Source: Candidatus Binataceae bacterium
GTDB lineage: Bacteria; Desulfobacterota; Binatia; Binatales; Binataceae
NCBI GenBank assembly: GCA_036489375.1
Contig: DASXFX010000054.1
Location: 64,210 to 128,209 of the forward strand
DNA: 64,000 nucleotides
Direction of reading: 5' to 3'
The notes beneath the pieces are model-generated. The model saw only the letters and a program-made list of their open reading frames with translations, was not told the origin of the DNA and did no database searches. This document shows positions 17,493-27,824 of the stretch, one piece after another. The position numbers were made by a program, and so were the translations under genes. The first letter of the stretch is position 1. Every line of letters begins with the position of its first letter.

Positions 17493-18641
17493 TCAGGCGC
17501 CCGGAATTTGCACCGGCTGGACCAATTCGTTGTCGCGCGCCGCCTGACTCAGGTTCATCGCAACGAGGTCGCCCGGCTGTACATCACCGGTCACTTCGAC
17601 CTGGTAGCCGTCGTCGCGGCCCAGCGCCACTTCGGCCAGATGCACCCGCTCGCCGCGAACCAGCGGAAGGTAGATTTTGTTGTTGCGGAATACCAACGCA
17701 TCGTCGGGCACCAGAATGCCGCCCGCCGCCGCGCGCGTACTGATGTTTACGTCGGCATACATCCCGGGCAGCAGACTTCGGTCTGGATTTGGCAGGTCAA
17801 CTTCAACCAGCATCGTGCGCGTGTTCTGGTCGAGGGCTTCGGGATGGCGCGTGACGGTGCCGGCAAATTTGCGCCCGGGAAATTCGGTTACCGTCACAGT
17901 TGCCGTATCACCATCGTTGACGTAGGGCGCGACACTTTGAGGTACGTAGGCGTAAATCCGCACCGGCGCCAGCGTCGCCATCGCCACGATCGGCAGGCCG
18001 GTTGTAGGCGTGGTGGATTGAGGAATGAGAGCGCCAGGATCGACGAAGCGCGCGCTGATGATGCCATCGAACGGCGCCGTGACGACCTCGTAACGCTGCA
18101 ATGCCAACTCCTGTTCGTAGGTGGCCTTCGCCTGGAGCATCGCCGCAGTCTGAGTATCCGCCGCTTGCTGCGGGATAACTTCGTTCACGAGCAGATACCG
18201 ATCGCGCCGATCGGTCACCAGTTGCAGGCGGTAGTTTGCCAGCGCATCGGCGACTTGCTGATCAGTCTCTGGCGATTCGATGATCGCGATTATCTGGCCT
18301 TTGCGCACGTGGTCGCCCTTGTCGATCAGGATGGTTTTCAGGTAGCCGGCGACCTTGGCGTAAACCGAGGTCTCGATGTAACCGTGCACGCTGGCCGGCA
18401 GCTGAATAGTGCGCGCCGTGCTGGCACCCGAGATCGGCACTACCAACACCCGCGGACCCTTGCCGGAGGCTGCTACCAGGTCGCCCGTCTGATGCGCGAG
18501 TCGTGCCTGGCGGGCGAACACGAACCCGGCCGAAGCGCAAAAGATAACGACGATCGCGATAATCCATCCGAACCAAAAGAGGCGGCTCGGCTTAGGGTTC
18601 TGTTGGTCTTGCGAATCCACGATCGAAACTCCTTGAATCAC
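17493..18641 (-). CDS. Efflux RND transporter periplasmic adaptor subunit (MFP/HlyD family)
   Basis: N-terminal TM anchor, lipoyl/beta-barrel motifs (VYAKVAGYLKTILIDKGDHVRKGQIIAIIESPE ... VTAPFDGIISARFVDPGALI). 4-bp overlap with the RND gene. Confidence 0.85.
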   Translation of the reverse strand: MIQGVSIVDSQDQQNPKPSRLFWFGWIIAIVVIFCASAGFVFARQARLAHQTGDLVAASGKGPRVLVVPISGASTARTIQLPASVHGYIETSVYAKVAGYLKTILIDKGDHVRKGQIIAIIESPETDQQVADALANYRLQLVTDRRDRYLLVNEVIPQQAADTQTAAMLQAKATYEQELALQRYEVVTAPFDGIISARFVDPGALIPQSTTPTTGLPIVAMATLAPVRIYAYVPQSVAPYVNDGDTATVTVTEFPGRKFAGTVTRHPEALDQNTRTMLVEVDLPNPDRSLLPGMYADVNISTRAAAGGILVPDDALVFRNNKIYLPLVRGERVHLAEVALGRDDGYQVEVTGDVQPGDLVAMNLSQAARDNELVQPVQIPGA

Positions 18642-21600
18642 GCACCCGGCATGGAGATGGCGTTGATGCGTTCGTCGCGCTGATGCTTGCCAATGAGCTT
18701 GCGGCTGAAAATCGAATATACCGCCGGCACGGTGAACAGCGTCATCAGGGTCGCCGCGATCAGTCCACCGATAACCGCGCGGCCGAGCGGCGCGTTTTGT
18801 TCCGAGCCGGAGCCAATCGCGAGAGCCATCGGCAGCATACCCAGAATCATCGCCAGCGCAGTCATAATGATGGGACGAAAGCGGATCGAGCCGGCCTCGA
18901 TCGCGGCCTCCGATGGACCCATGCCTTCTTCGCGCATTTCGTTGGCAAAAGTGATGAGTAAATTGCCGTTAGCGACGCCGACGCCGACCGCCATGATCGC
19001 GCCCATCAAAGACTCGACGTTGATGGTTGTGCCGGTCAACACCAATATCCAGAGCACGCCGGCCAGTGCGCCCGGGATCGCCATCATGATGATGAAGGGC
19101 TCGAGCCACGATTGAAAATTCGCGACCATCAGCAGGTACACCAGCACTATGGCGAGGACGAGGCCCAATCCCATGGTGACAAACGATTCACGCATCGCAG
19201 CGCTCTGTCCGCGGATGATGACCTTGGTCCCGGGCGGCAACTTACCGAGCTTATTGACCGCTGCTTGCACCGCAGTCGTAGTGCCGCCGAGGTCGCGTCC
19301 TTCCACACCACAGTCAACGTCCATCACACGCTGCACCGTGTAGTGGGCGATGACGGCAGGATCGTTGGCATGCTTTATAGTTGCAACATTGCCAAGAAAC
19401 TGGGCCGACTGCGGCGTAGAACCATTCGAGGCGGCCACGCCAGGCGATGCCGTAGTGCCGTTGGTGAGGGAGATATTCGCGATCTGGGCGACCGACTGAG
19501 TGGTCGCGATGGGGGCCTGCGTGACCACGTTGTAGTTGACGCCGTTGACCGGGTCGAGCCAGTAATTCGGCGAGATCAGACTGTTGCCACTCAACGACGA
19601 GAGCAGGCCGGAAGCGACTTGTTGCATCGTGATGCCGAGTTCAAGCGCCTTGTTGCGATCGACGCCGATCTTGAAGGCCGGATAGTCGAGCGGCTCGGCA
19701 ATACGCGAATCAACGACGCCCGGGATGTTCAACATCATCGCTTGCAGACGCGACGCAATGCGGTAGTCGGAGTTCAGATCATTGCCCGAGATCTGCACAT
19801 CAATCGCTGCGGGCAGTCCGAAGTTGAGCACCTGGTTGACGATGTCGGCCGCCTGAAAATAACCGGTGATGTTCGGATAGTCAGTCAGCATCATCTGGCG
19901 GATACGACGCTCGTACAGGTCCGTAGGCCGATGGCCCGGCTTGAGCTGAATTAGGATTTCGGCGTCCTGCGGCCCGATATTGTCGGTTGGATAAAACGCG
20001 AGGTCATAGGAGATGGGCACGTCGATGTTGTCGCTCATCCCCTCCAGTTCATCGGGCGGGATAATCTTTCGGATGGAGTGTTCGACGTCATCAACCAGCA
20101 ACTCTGTATGTTCGATGCGGGTCCCGGTCGGTGCACGCACGTGCAACTTCATCAAGCCCGCGTCAACGGTGGGAAAGAAATCCTCGCCCACGATCAGGAG
20201 CAGCGGCAGCGTTCCAACGATCAGCAACGACACCGCGACCAGCGAGATCGTCCGGTGCTCGATGAAACTTGCGAGTGCCGTCGCGTAGCCGTGGCGCACG
20301 CGTTCGAAGCCGGCCTCGAAGCGGCGCAAAAATCGTCCCCAAAGGCCATTACCCGGATCTTCAACGTGATCCTCGGGGAGCAGATACGAAGCCATCGTCG
20401 GCACCAGCGTACGCGAGAGCAAGTACGACGTGAGCATCGCAAACACCACCGCCAATGCGAGCGGCGTGAACAGGAAGCGAGCAACGCCGGTCAGCAGCAC
20501 CACGGGAAAGAACACGATGCAAATCGACAACGTGCCAACCAGGGTTGGCGTCGCGATCTGAGCGGCGCCGTCGAGGATCGCAGCCAGCAGCGGCTTATGC
20601 ATCGCGTGGTTGCGGTGGATGTTCTCGATTTCGACGGTGGCGTCGTCCACCAGCATGCCGACGGCGAGCGCGATCCCGCCCAGCGTCATCGTATTGATAG
20701 TTTGGCCCGACAGCTTGAGCGCGACAATCGCAGTCAGAATTGACAGCGGGATCGACGTGATCACGATGAACATGCTGCGCGGCGAGCCGACAAAGACCAG
20801 CACCATTAGCGCGACCAAAGCCGCGGCCGTCACCGCTTCGCGCACAACTTCCCACAGCGCGGAGCGAACGAACGCCGACTGATCGAAGGTCAGCGATATC
20901 TTCATTCCGTGCGGGGCGACCGCCATGATATCCGGCAGACGCGCGCGGACGGCGTCGACCACGGCCAGAGTCGAGGCAGCCGCGTGCTTGATCACTAGCA
21001 GAAAGGTGCCGGGGCGCCCGTCAACGCGCACCACGTTGGTTTGCGGCTGATGCGTGTCGCTAACCGGCGCGACATCGCCCAGAAAGATTGGTACTCCGTT
21101 GACGAACCGAATCGGCAACCGGTTGAACTCGGAGACCTTCGACGGACTCATGTTGAGATCGACGTTGTACTCGTAATTGCCCATCCGCGCGGTGCCTGAC
21201 GGGATCACGACGTTGGTAGTTGCGAGCGCGTTGCCGATATCGACCGGCGAAAGATTGTCGGCGTACATCGCCTTGGGATCGAGATTAACGACTACCGCGC
21301 GCTGCACGCCGCCGAGCGGGGCGGGCGAGGAAAAACCGGGAATCGTAAAGAGCTGCAGGCGCACGAAATTCAGGCCGTAATCGAAGAGCTGCTGGCCGGA
21401 CAACGTATCGCTGAAGATGTTCAATTGCGCGACCGGAACATTGGCCGCGTTATAGGAGATAATTTGGGGTGGAGTCGTTCCCTGCGGCGCCTGGCGCAGG
21501 ATCGTTTCGGACACCGCATTAATCTGCGCGATTGCGCTGCCAATATCTGAGCCGGGCTGGAAATAGATCTTAAGCAGCCCAATGCCCGTGATCGATTCCG

Positions 21601-21850
21601 ACTCGATGTGTTCGATCCCGTCAACCGTGGTCGAGTAGGCCCGCTCGCTGATGATCACCATGCGGCGTTCCATGTCGATGGCGGAAAGACCCGGGTAGTT
21701 CCAAACCACCATCACGACCGGAATGTTGATTGCAGGAAAGATGTCGACGTTCATCAAGGCAAAAGAAAGTACGCCAAGTACCAGCATCAACAGGGCCATC
21801 ACGGCCACCGAGAGCGGGCGGCGGAGCGCCAGACGAACCAGCCACATCAT
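18638..21850 (-). CDS. Efflux RND transporter permease subunit (AcrB/AcrD/AcrF family)
   Basis: 1070 aa with a 12-TMS architecture and two large periplasmic loops. N-terminus MMWLVRLALRRPLSVAVMALLMLVLGVLSF. Confidence 0.9.
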   Translation of the reverse strand: MMWLVRLALRRPLSVAVMALLMLVLGVLSFALMNVDIFPAINIPVVMVVWNYPGLSAIDMERRMVIISERAYSTTVDGIEHIESESITGIGLLKIYFQPGSDIGSAIAQINAVSETILRQAPQGTTPPQIISYNAANVPVAQLNIFSDTLSGQQLFDYGLNFVRLQLFTIPGFSSPAPLGGVQRAVVVNLDPKAMYADNLSPVDIGNALATTNVVIPSGTARMGNYEYNVDLNMSPSKVSEFNRLPIRFVNGVPIFLGDVAPVSDTHQPQTNVVRVDGRPGTFLLVIKHAAASTLAVVDAVRARLPDIMAVAPHGMKISLTFDQSAFVRSALWEVVREAVTAAALVALMVLVFVGSPRSMFIVITSIPLSILTAIVALKLSGQTINTMTLGGIALAVGMLVDDATVEIENIHRNHAMHKPLLAAILDGAAQIATPTLVGTLSICIVFFPVVLLTGVARFLFTPLALAVVFAMLTSYLLSRTLVPTMASYLLPEDHVEDPGNGLWGRFLRRFEAGFERVRHGYATALASFIEHRTISLVAVSLLIVGTLPLLLIVGEDFFPTVDAGLMKLHVRAPTGTRIEHTELLVDDVEHSIRKIIPPDELEGMSDNIDVPISYDLAFYPTDNIGPQDAEILIQLKPGHRPTDLYERRIRQMMLTDYPNITGYFQAADIVNQVLNFGLPAAIDVQISGNDLNSDYRIASRLQAMMLNIPGVVDSRIAEPLDYPAFKIGVDRNKALELGITMQQVASGLLSSLSGNSLISPNYWLDPVNGVNYNVVTQAPIATTQSVAQIANISLTNGTTASPGVAASNGSTPQSAQFLGNVATIKHANDPAVIAHYTVQRVMDVDCGVEGRDLGGTTTAVQAAVNKLGKLPPGTKVIIRGQSAAMRESFVTMGLGLVLAIVLVYLLMVANFQSWLEPFIIMMAIPGALAGVLWILVLTGTTINVESLMGAIMAVGVGVANGNLLITFANEMREEGMGPSEAAIEAGSIRFRPIIMTALAMILGMLPMALAIGSGSEQNAPLGRAVIGGLIAATLMTLFTVPAVYSIFSRKLIGKHQRDERINAISMPGA

Positions 21851-22026
21851 AATCGATTACTCCACGAACTCAGTCAAAACGGGCTAACGAGGTCATTTTT
21901 GGCAGCGGGCATGCATCTTTGGATGCATCATTTGTGCCGGCAATCCGACTGAGCATCGCTGAGATCGGTGGCCCGAAAAATTACTCATTTGGCCAAATGC
22001 GACGATTATCGATAGTTTGACAGAAC

Positions 22027-22048
22027 AATCGATTATCGATAATCGATT
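22027..22048. promoter_or_regulatory. Perfect 22-bp palindrome AATCGATTATCGATAATCGATT, candidate GntR operator
   Basis: Reads identically on both strands. Related ATCGAT-type sites at 21850-21859 (TAATCGATTA, touching the RND start codon) and 22003-22014 (CGATTATCGATA). Confidence 0.5.
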
Positions 22049-22064
22049 CTATGGAGTCAATATA

Positions 22065-22793
22065 GTGAAATTCAAGCCGGCCGATATCGTCCGCGAGTCG
22101 CTCGCCGACCGCGTCCGCCAGGTACTGATGGAGCGGATTATCGATGGTACTTATCCGCCGGGTACGCGCCTGGTTGAGATGCAGATCGCGCGCGAACTCA
22201 AAATCAGCCAGGCCCCGGTGCGTGAAGCCTTCCGCGTGCTGGAAGCCGCGCGCCTGGTCGAAACTGAACCGTATCGCGGCACGCGCGTGCGCCAGGTGAG
22301 CGATCGGGAGTGCCGCGAGGCTTACCAAGTGCGAGCGGTGCTCGAGGAACTCGCCGCGCAACTGGGTGGCGCCCAGTTACGCGAGCAATCGCGCGAGTTG
22401 CGTACCGAAGCCGACGCGACGCTGGCTGCGGCGAAGCGCGGCGAAGTGGTGCGCTATCTCCATCACAACGTCCGCTTCCATCAAGCAATCGTGGAGGCCG
22501 CCGACAATACCGTATTGCGAAACACATGGGAGTCGCTGAGTTTCACAGTGGGGGCTCGGGTAAAGGCCTCGCGCGCTTCCGGCGACATGGTTGCGGTCGC
22601 CAGGGAACATCGGCAAATCGTTGACGCGATCGTGCACGGCGACGCCAAAACTGCGGGACGCCTGCTGCGCCGCCACGCCGAAGTGCTGATCGAAGACTCC
22701 ACCTGCGGCGGCAAAGAGAGACCTTCGAGCGCAGCCGTATTTTCGGCCTCAAGGCCGCTCGAGAAGAAGACCTGGCGAAGCGCGAATTTGTAG
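22065..22793 (+). CDS. GntR-family transcriptional regulator, FadR subfamily (FCD effector domain)
   Basis: wHTH LVEMQIARELKISQAPVREAFRVLEAARLVETEPYRGTRV. GTG 22065 is preceded by GGAG (22053-56). The longest ORF (22017) would swallow the palindrome. Confidence 0.8.
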   Translation: MKFKPADIVRESLADRVRQVLMERIIDGTYPPGTRLVEMQIARELKISQAPVREAFRVLEAARLVETEPYRGTRVRQVSDRECREAYQVRAVLEELAAQLGGAQLREQSRELRTEADATLAAAKRGEVVRYLHHNVRFHQAIVEAADNTVLRNTWESLSFTVGARVKASRASGDMVAVAREHRQIVDAIVHGDAKTAGRLLRRHAEVLIEDSTCGGKERPSSAAVFSASRPLEKKTWRSANL

Positions 22794-22924
22794 CCGAAAG
22801 CGCGAGAGTTCCGAGTTGGATCGAAGCCCGCTAAGACGGAAATCCTCAAAGTACAGCCGGCGGCGCCGCACCGCCATCTGAAAAATCAAATAGTCAGTTC
22901 GTTTATTTCAGGTTGTCGTCAGGA

Positions 22925-23512
22925 TCACGATACCACCGCCTTGGCCTGAACGCGCCAGTCGTTGTTGGTACCGCGATCGCCGGCGAGCCACTTGCGCAAA
23001 TCCTCGTGCGCGCTGGCAGAGCGCGTGGCGGTAATCTTGTCGGCGTCGGGATGATCGACCGTGAACTCTAGATTCAGGCCATTGGGATCGGTGACGTATA
23101 GAGAGACGCAGTAGCCATGGTCGATTACCGCCGTCTCGAAGCCAGCCGCTTCGAGCTTGCGCCGGATCTCATCCTGACCTGGCGCATCGGCTACCTTCAA
23201 CGCCAGGTGAACGAACGGTGAATGCGGTCCGTAGTGAGCAAACTTCTCGTGCTGTCGAGGATTGGCGAAGTGAAAAAAAGCCAGCGCGCCGCCATCGGCA
23301 ATTTGAAAAAACAGGTGACAATAGTACAACTCATCTTCGCCGAACACCTTGTCGCATTCTCGCCAGGCCGCCACCATCGGCCAACCTAGCAGATCCTCGT
23401 AGAACTTCCGTGTTTGCTCGAGGTCGCGGCATACGTAGGCCGCATGATGCAGCCTGACGGGAACGGTATTCGGGTTGCCGCTGTTGTGACCATTGCTCTG
23501 CGTGGCGCCCAT
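22925..23512 (-). CDS. VOC (glyoxalase/bleomycin-resistance/extradiol dioxygenase) family protein
   Basis: RLHHAAYVCRDLEQTRKFYEDLLGWP ... HLALKV paired beta-alpha-beta-beta-beta modules. Confidence 0.7.
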   Translation of the reverse strand: MGATQSNGHNSGNPNTVPVRLHHAAYVCRDLEQTRKFYEDLLGWPMVAAWRECDKVFGEDELYYCHLFFQIADGGALAFFHFANPRQHEKFAHYGPHSPFVHLALKVADAPGQDEIRRKLEAAGFETAVIDHGYCVSLYVTDPNGLNLEFTVDHPDADKITATRSASAHEDLRKWLAGDRGTNNDWRVQAKAVVS

Positions 23513-23674
23513 AGCGATTGCCCTCGTGATCAGGTTGTAGTCCGTGTCGCGGACTTAGCTCAGTTGATTGCTAATACTATCAGCGCAACCTCTACTGCTT
23601 ACACACTTGCTCGCAGGCGGTTAGGACTACTCGCATCAACAGCCATGATGCAGCCCGGCGCCTATGACGTCTAG

Positions 23675-24181
23675 CTACTCCTTGGCATCGATCAGTACGG
23701 CAGCGAGAAGCGCCGGCTCCTTACCCTTGTTAACCCAGGCGTGATTCGTTCCGCGCTGGACCACGACATCGAATGGCTTGAGATCAACCTCTCCTTTATC
23801 GAGGAGCAAGGTGACTTCGCCGGAGAGCAGCACGATGTAATCGATGGTGCGGGTCTTGTGCATGCCGGGATGACGAGTAGTGTCCGCACGACAATGAGCG
23901 GCGTCCATCTGGGCGAACATCTTTGCCGTCTGACGTTCGCGCTCCTCGCGCGACACGCTGGGATCTTCAGGCGGAATAGCCGCGAAGCGAAAGATACTGC
24001 CGCCCGGCGGAGGCTCGAGCTTGCGCACCTGCAGACCCGCGTCGGCCGAACCGCTGTTGTCCACGGGAGTGGAATCGGTCATCCAGTAGGCGCCAAACGG
24101 TGTGGGCGGTGCGTCGATTACAACGACAGATTTTCCCTCGGCATCATGGCCAGTAATAATTCGACGTGGTTCGCGTGCCAT
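23675..24181 (-). CDS. Cupin domain-containing protein
   Basis: HPGMHKTRTIDYIVLLSGEVTLLLD...VVVQRGTNHAWVN cupin motifs. Confidence 0.7.
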   Translation of the reverse strand: MAREPRRIITGHDAEGKSVVVIDAPPTPFGAYWMTDSTPVDNSGSADAGLQVRKLEPPPGGSIFRFAAIPPEDPSVSREERERQTAKMFAQMDAAHCRADTTRHPGMHKTRTIDYIVLLSGEVTLLLDKGEVDLKPFDVVVQRGTNHAWVNKGKEPALLAAVLIDAKE

Positions 24182-24331
24182 CGGTAGACCTCCAACTAAC
24201 TAACTATCGAATGAACAGATACTTACGCTTTCCGATCGAAATGGGAAATGGAATAGCAGTGTTGCGCGCTACCGCCCGTTGGCCATTATGTGTTAACCGA
24301 TCTCAATCGTTCGATCGGGAGGATTTGGATA

Positions 24332-25963
24332 ATGGCCAAGGTCAGCGGCAACGATCTCGTCGCGAAGGCACTGCAAGATGAGGGAGTTGACACCGTCTTC
24401 TATCTGACCGGTGGTCCGATGGTTGACGTTGCTTCGCGTTGTATCGAGCGCTTTCACTCGGTTGACGTCCGCCACGAGCAAGCCGCGGCGATGGCGGCGC
24501 ACGCCTACAGCCGCGTGATCGGCAAGCCCGGCGTATGCTTCGCCGCTTCCGGTCCCGGTGTGACCAACCTTATCACCGGCGTTGGCAACGCCTTTCTTGA
24601 CGCGGTTCCAGTTGTTGCGCTCGGCGGTGCGAGCGCAGTCTCGCAAACCGGTATGGGTGCCTTTCAGGAAATGGATCAGGTCGGAATGTTCAAACCGATC
24701 ACCAAGTATGCCGAACGAGTTATCGATGTTCGCCGCATCCCCGAGATCATCAACAAGGCCTTCCGTGTGGCGACCAGCGGACAGCCCGGCCCTGTTTACG
24801 TCGATTTGCCCGGAGACGTGCTCTACAACCGGGTCGAGGAGGGCGAAGTGATGTTTCCCGGCAAACCGCACTCGGTGCCGCGAGTCGCCGGCGACCCCGC
24901 CTTGATCCGGCAGGCCGTCGCGATTCTCAAGCAGGCGCAACGCCCCATCATCCTCACCGGGACCGGCGTTTTCTGGTCCGGCGCGACGGATGAACTGAAG
25001 CAGTTCGTCGATCTCACGCAGATCCCCTTCTACACCACACCGCAGGGACGCGGCGTGATCCCGGAAGATCATTCGCTGAGCTTTCTCGGCGCGCGCAACC
25101 AGGCTTGGAAGGAAGCCGATGCGGTGCTGATTGTCGGTACGCGCCTCAACTTTATAGTTGGCTTTGGCCTGCCGCCGCGCTGGGCACCGAGCGTCAAGAT
25201 CGTGCAGGTGGATATCTCGGATGAGGAAATCGGCCGCAACCGTCCGGTCGATATCGGCATCGTGGGCGACGCCAAAACTGTTCTGCGTCAGCTTATCGAC
25301 GAAGCGGCCGATAGCTTTCACAAGCGCGGCGAATCGGCCTGGGTAGAGACCCTGCGCGGCTACGATCGGCGATCGCAGGAAAAATCCCAGGCGCTGCTCG
25401 ATTCCGACGCTACGCCGATTCATCCGCTGCGCCTGTGCAAGGAAGTCCGCGATTTTATGGACCGCGACGCGATCATCGTCGTTGACGGCCATGAGATTTT
25501 GAATTTCGCGCGTCAGTCGATTCCGCTCTTCGCGCCGGGCCACTCGGTTAATGCCGGACCCAACGGATGCATGGGCGTCGCGGTGCCATTCGGCCTGGGT
25601 GCAAAGGTCGCCAAACCTGACAAGCAGGTAATCGTGCTCAGCGGCGACGGTTCCTTCGGCATGAACGGAATGGAGATCGATACGATGGTGCGCCACAACA
25701 TCCCGGCGCTGATTGTTATCAGTAACAATGGCGGATGGGCGGGCAAGGGTACGATGGACGCAGGCCGTGACCTGGGCTTCAGCCGCTATGACAAAATGGC
25801 GGAAGTTTTCGGAGCCTATGGCGAACTGGTGGAGCGCCCCGAGGATATCCGGCCGGCGATGAAGCGCGCGGTCGCATCCGGCAAACCGGCGGTAGTCAAC
25901 GTGATCACTGATCCGCATGCGCGATCCTCGACCGTTTCGTTTGCGAACTATCGCGCGATCTAG
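24332..25963 (+). CDS. Thiamine-diphosphate-dependent enzyme (acetolactate synthase large subunit / oxalyl-CoA decarboxylase-like)
   Basis: TPP-binding motif GDGSFGMNGMEIDTMVRHNIP. N-terminal pyrimidine-binding domain (LVAKALQDEGVDTVFYLTGGP). GGGAGGA SD upstream of ATG 24332. Confidence 0.85.
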   Translation: MAKVSGNDLVAKALQDEGVDTVFYLTGGPMVDVASRCIERFHSVDVRHEQAAAMAAHAYSRVIGKPGVCFAASGPGVTNLITGVGNAFLDAVPVVALGGASAVSQTGMGAFQEMDQVGMFKPITKYAERVIDVRRIPEIINKAFRVATSGQPGPVYVDLPGDVLYNRVEEGEVMFPGKPHSVPRVAGDPALIRQAVAILKQAQRPIILTGTGVFWSGATDELKQFVDLTQIPFYTTPQGRGVIPEDHSLSFLGARNQAWKEADAVLIVGTRLNFIVGFGLPPRWAPSVKIVQVDISDEEIGRNRPVDIGIVGDAKTVLRQLIDEAADSFHKRGESAWVETLRGYDRRSQEKSQALLDSDATPIHPLRLCKEVRDFMDRDAIIVVDGHEILNFARQSIPLFAPGHSVNAGPNGCMGVAVPFGLGAKVAKPDKQVIVLSGDGSFGMNGMEIDTMVRHNIPALIVISNNGGWAGKGTMDAGRDLGFSRYDKMAEVFGAYGELVERPEDIRPAMKRAVASGKPAVVNVITDPHARSSTVSFANYRAI

Positions 25964-26021
25964 TGTTGGCTACACAGTTGATCACGCGAGGATGTTTTCT
26001 TCACAACCTAAAGAGGCACAT

Positions 26022-27815
26022 ATGATCGTTCAGGCGCGTAAGACCTATAAAGTTACTACCGAAAAAAGTGTTCCTATGAAGACGCGGGACGGAATCACGC
26101 TTTACGCAGACGTGGTACGTCCCGATGCGCCTGGACGTTTTCCGGTACTGCTCAGTCGCACACCCTATAGTAAGAAGGGAACAGACGACCCGAATGGTCC
26201 TAGTTACCTTTTCGCCCGTTACGGCTATATTTCAGTCACGCAGGACTGTCGCGGCCGGTTCGAATCGGAAGGTGAGTACGACACGATCTTTCAAGAGATC
26301 CCGGATGGTTACGACGCGGTCGAGTGGGCTGCACGATTACCTTGGTCCAATGGCCGGGTTGGTACCACTGGTCAGTCTTATCTCGGACTGACGCAGTATA
26401 TGATCGCCTGCAATGATCCCATGCCGCCCTCTTTACAAGCGATGGCTCCTGTCTCGGCGTCGTCGGACTATCATGCGAGCTGGATCTATCATACCGGTGG
26501 CGTCTCACTGTGGGGCTGGATCATTCCCTACGCAATCTTCAAAGGGCTCAACACTCTCAAGCGAGCGAAACGCAACGATTTGTTTGAAAAAATGAAGGAG
26601 TACGTCGAAGGCGGTGAGTTTCCCATCATCCGGCAAACGCGCTTCGGCCTGAATGCCTTCACACCGCTAACCGACAAATGGTATCGCCACCTCCCCATCA
26701 AAGACTGGGTCGAGCTGCTGAAGGAGACCGCGCCGTATCTAGCCGATCATATCGCACATGCCGACGACGGTGAGTACTGGTATCGCGCCAACGTAAACCG
26801 GCATGCCGCGAGCGTCAGCGTGCCGATGCTACATGTCACTTCCTGGTACGACATTTTTGGCGAAGGCGGCCAGAACGCCTATAGCAGCATCAAACATCAC
26901 AGCAAATTTGAAAAGGCGCGAAATGGGCAACGACTTATCATAGGACCTTGGGGGCATCTCCTCCCTTATAGTGTGCCGAGTTCGCGTGGAACCGGCGACA
27001 TCGACTTCGGACCCGCAGCGCTGATCGACCTTAACGAAACTCTGTTGCGGTGGTTTGACTACTGGCTTAAGGACGTTAACAACGGAATCGTCGATGAGCC
27101 TGCCGTCTCCATCTACACCCTGGGGGAGAACCGTTGGCAAAATCTCTCCGATTGGCCGCCGCCGAATATGCGGCAGGTCCGCTATTTTCTTCATAGCCGT
27201 GAGAGTGCCAATACTCTAGCCGGTGACGGCTCACTCTCGACGGCGCCGCCAGATGCCGAGCACGCCGACACCTATGTTTATGATCCTGATGATCCCGCGC
27301 CGTCGCTAGGTGGCAACAACCTCGCGATTGATATGGGCGTTCAGGATCAACGATCGGTCGAAGAGCGAAAGGACGTACTGGTCTATACATCTGATCCGCT
27401 GGATCAGGCGCTTGAAGTTACGGGACCTGTGACCGTCAGCTTATGGGCGGCCTCATCTGCAGTGGATACCGACTTCACCGCGAAGCTGGTGGATGTGCAC
27501 CCGAGCGGCTATGCCCAGAATCTTGTCGATGGCATCCTTCGCGCGCGCTATCGTGAGTCCGCGAGCGCACCAAAGTTAATGGAGGCTGGTAAGCCATATC
27601 TGTTCACAATTGATCTTTGGGCAACCAGCAATGTCTTCCTGCCGGGTCATCGCATCAGGCTTGAAATCAGCTCGAGTAACTTCCCGCGCTTCGATCGTAA
27701 TCTCAACACCGGAGAGCCATTCGGCGAAGGAACCAAGGGAATCGCTGCACGTCAGACGGTATTTCATCAAAGCGATATGGCGTCCTACCTGTCGCTCCCG
27801 GTGATACCGCGATAG
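26022..27815 (+). CDS. CocE/NonD family hydrolase (S15 X-Pro dipeptidyl-peptidase fold)
   Basis: PVLLSRTPYSK, GTTGQSYLG nucleophile-elbow context, C-terminal beta-sandwich. AAGAGG SD upstream of ATG 26022. Confidence 0.8.
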   Translation: MIVQARKTYKVTTEKSVPMKTRDGITLYADVVRPDAPGRFPVLLSRTPYSKKGTDDPNGPSYLFARYGYISVTQDCRGRFESEGEYDTIFQEIPDGYDAVEWAARLPWSNGRVGTTGQSYLGLTQYMIACNDPMPPSLQAMAPVSASSDYHASWIYHTGGVSLWGWIIPYAIFKGLNTLKRAKRNDLFEKMKEYVEGGEFPIIRQTRFGLNAFTPLTDKWYRHLPIKDWVELLKETAPYLADHIAHADDGEYWYRANVNRHAASVSVPMLHVTSWYDIFGEGGQNAYSSIKHHSKFEKARNGQRLIIGPWGHLLPYSVPSSRGTGDIDFGPAALIDLNETLLRWFDYWLKDVNNGIVDEPAVSIYTLGENRWQNLSDWPPPNMRQVRYFLHSRESANTLAGDGSLSTAPPDAEHADTYVYDPDDPAPSLGGNNLAIDMGVQDQRSVEERKDVLVYTSDPLDQALEVTGPVTVSLWAASSAVDTDFTAKLVDVHPSGYAQNLVDGILRARYRESASAPKLMEAGKPYLFTIDLWATSNVFLPGHRIRLEISSSNFPRFDRNLNTGEPFGEGTKGIAARQTVFHQSDMASYLSLPVIPR

Positions 27816-27824
27816 CGACGAGTA

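Noticed and set aside
17355-18683. 442-aa plus-strand ORF
   Set aside because: Shadow of the RND adaptor gene. Arg-rich, with no motifs.
23549-23566. tRNA-like 5' fragment GCGGACTTAGCTCAGTTG (and GGGCCCGTAGCTCAA at 32262-32276)
   Set aside because: Only the acceptor/D-arm-like start is present. No anticodon stem, T-arm (GGTTCGA.TCC) or 3' acceptor complement follows. Integration scars normally duplicate tRNA 3' ends, not 5' ends, so a chance match cannot be excluded.
24293-25918. 541-aa minus-strand ORF
   Set aside because: Shadow of the TPP-enzyme gene, which has the GDGSF...N TPP motif and a good SD on the plus strand.
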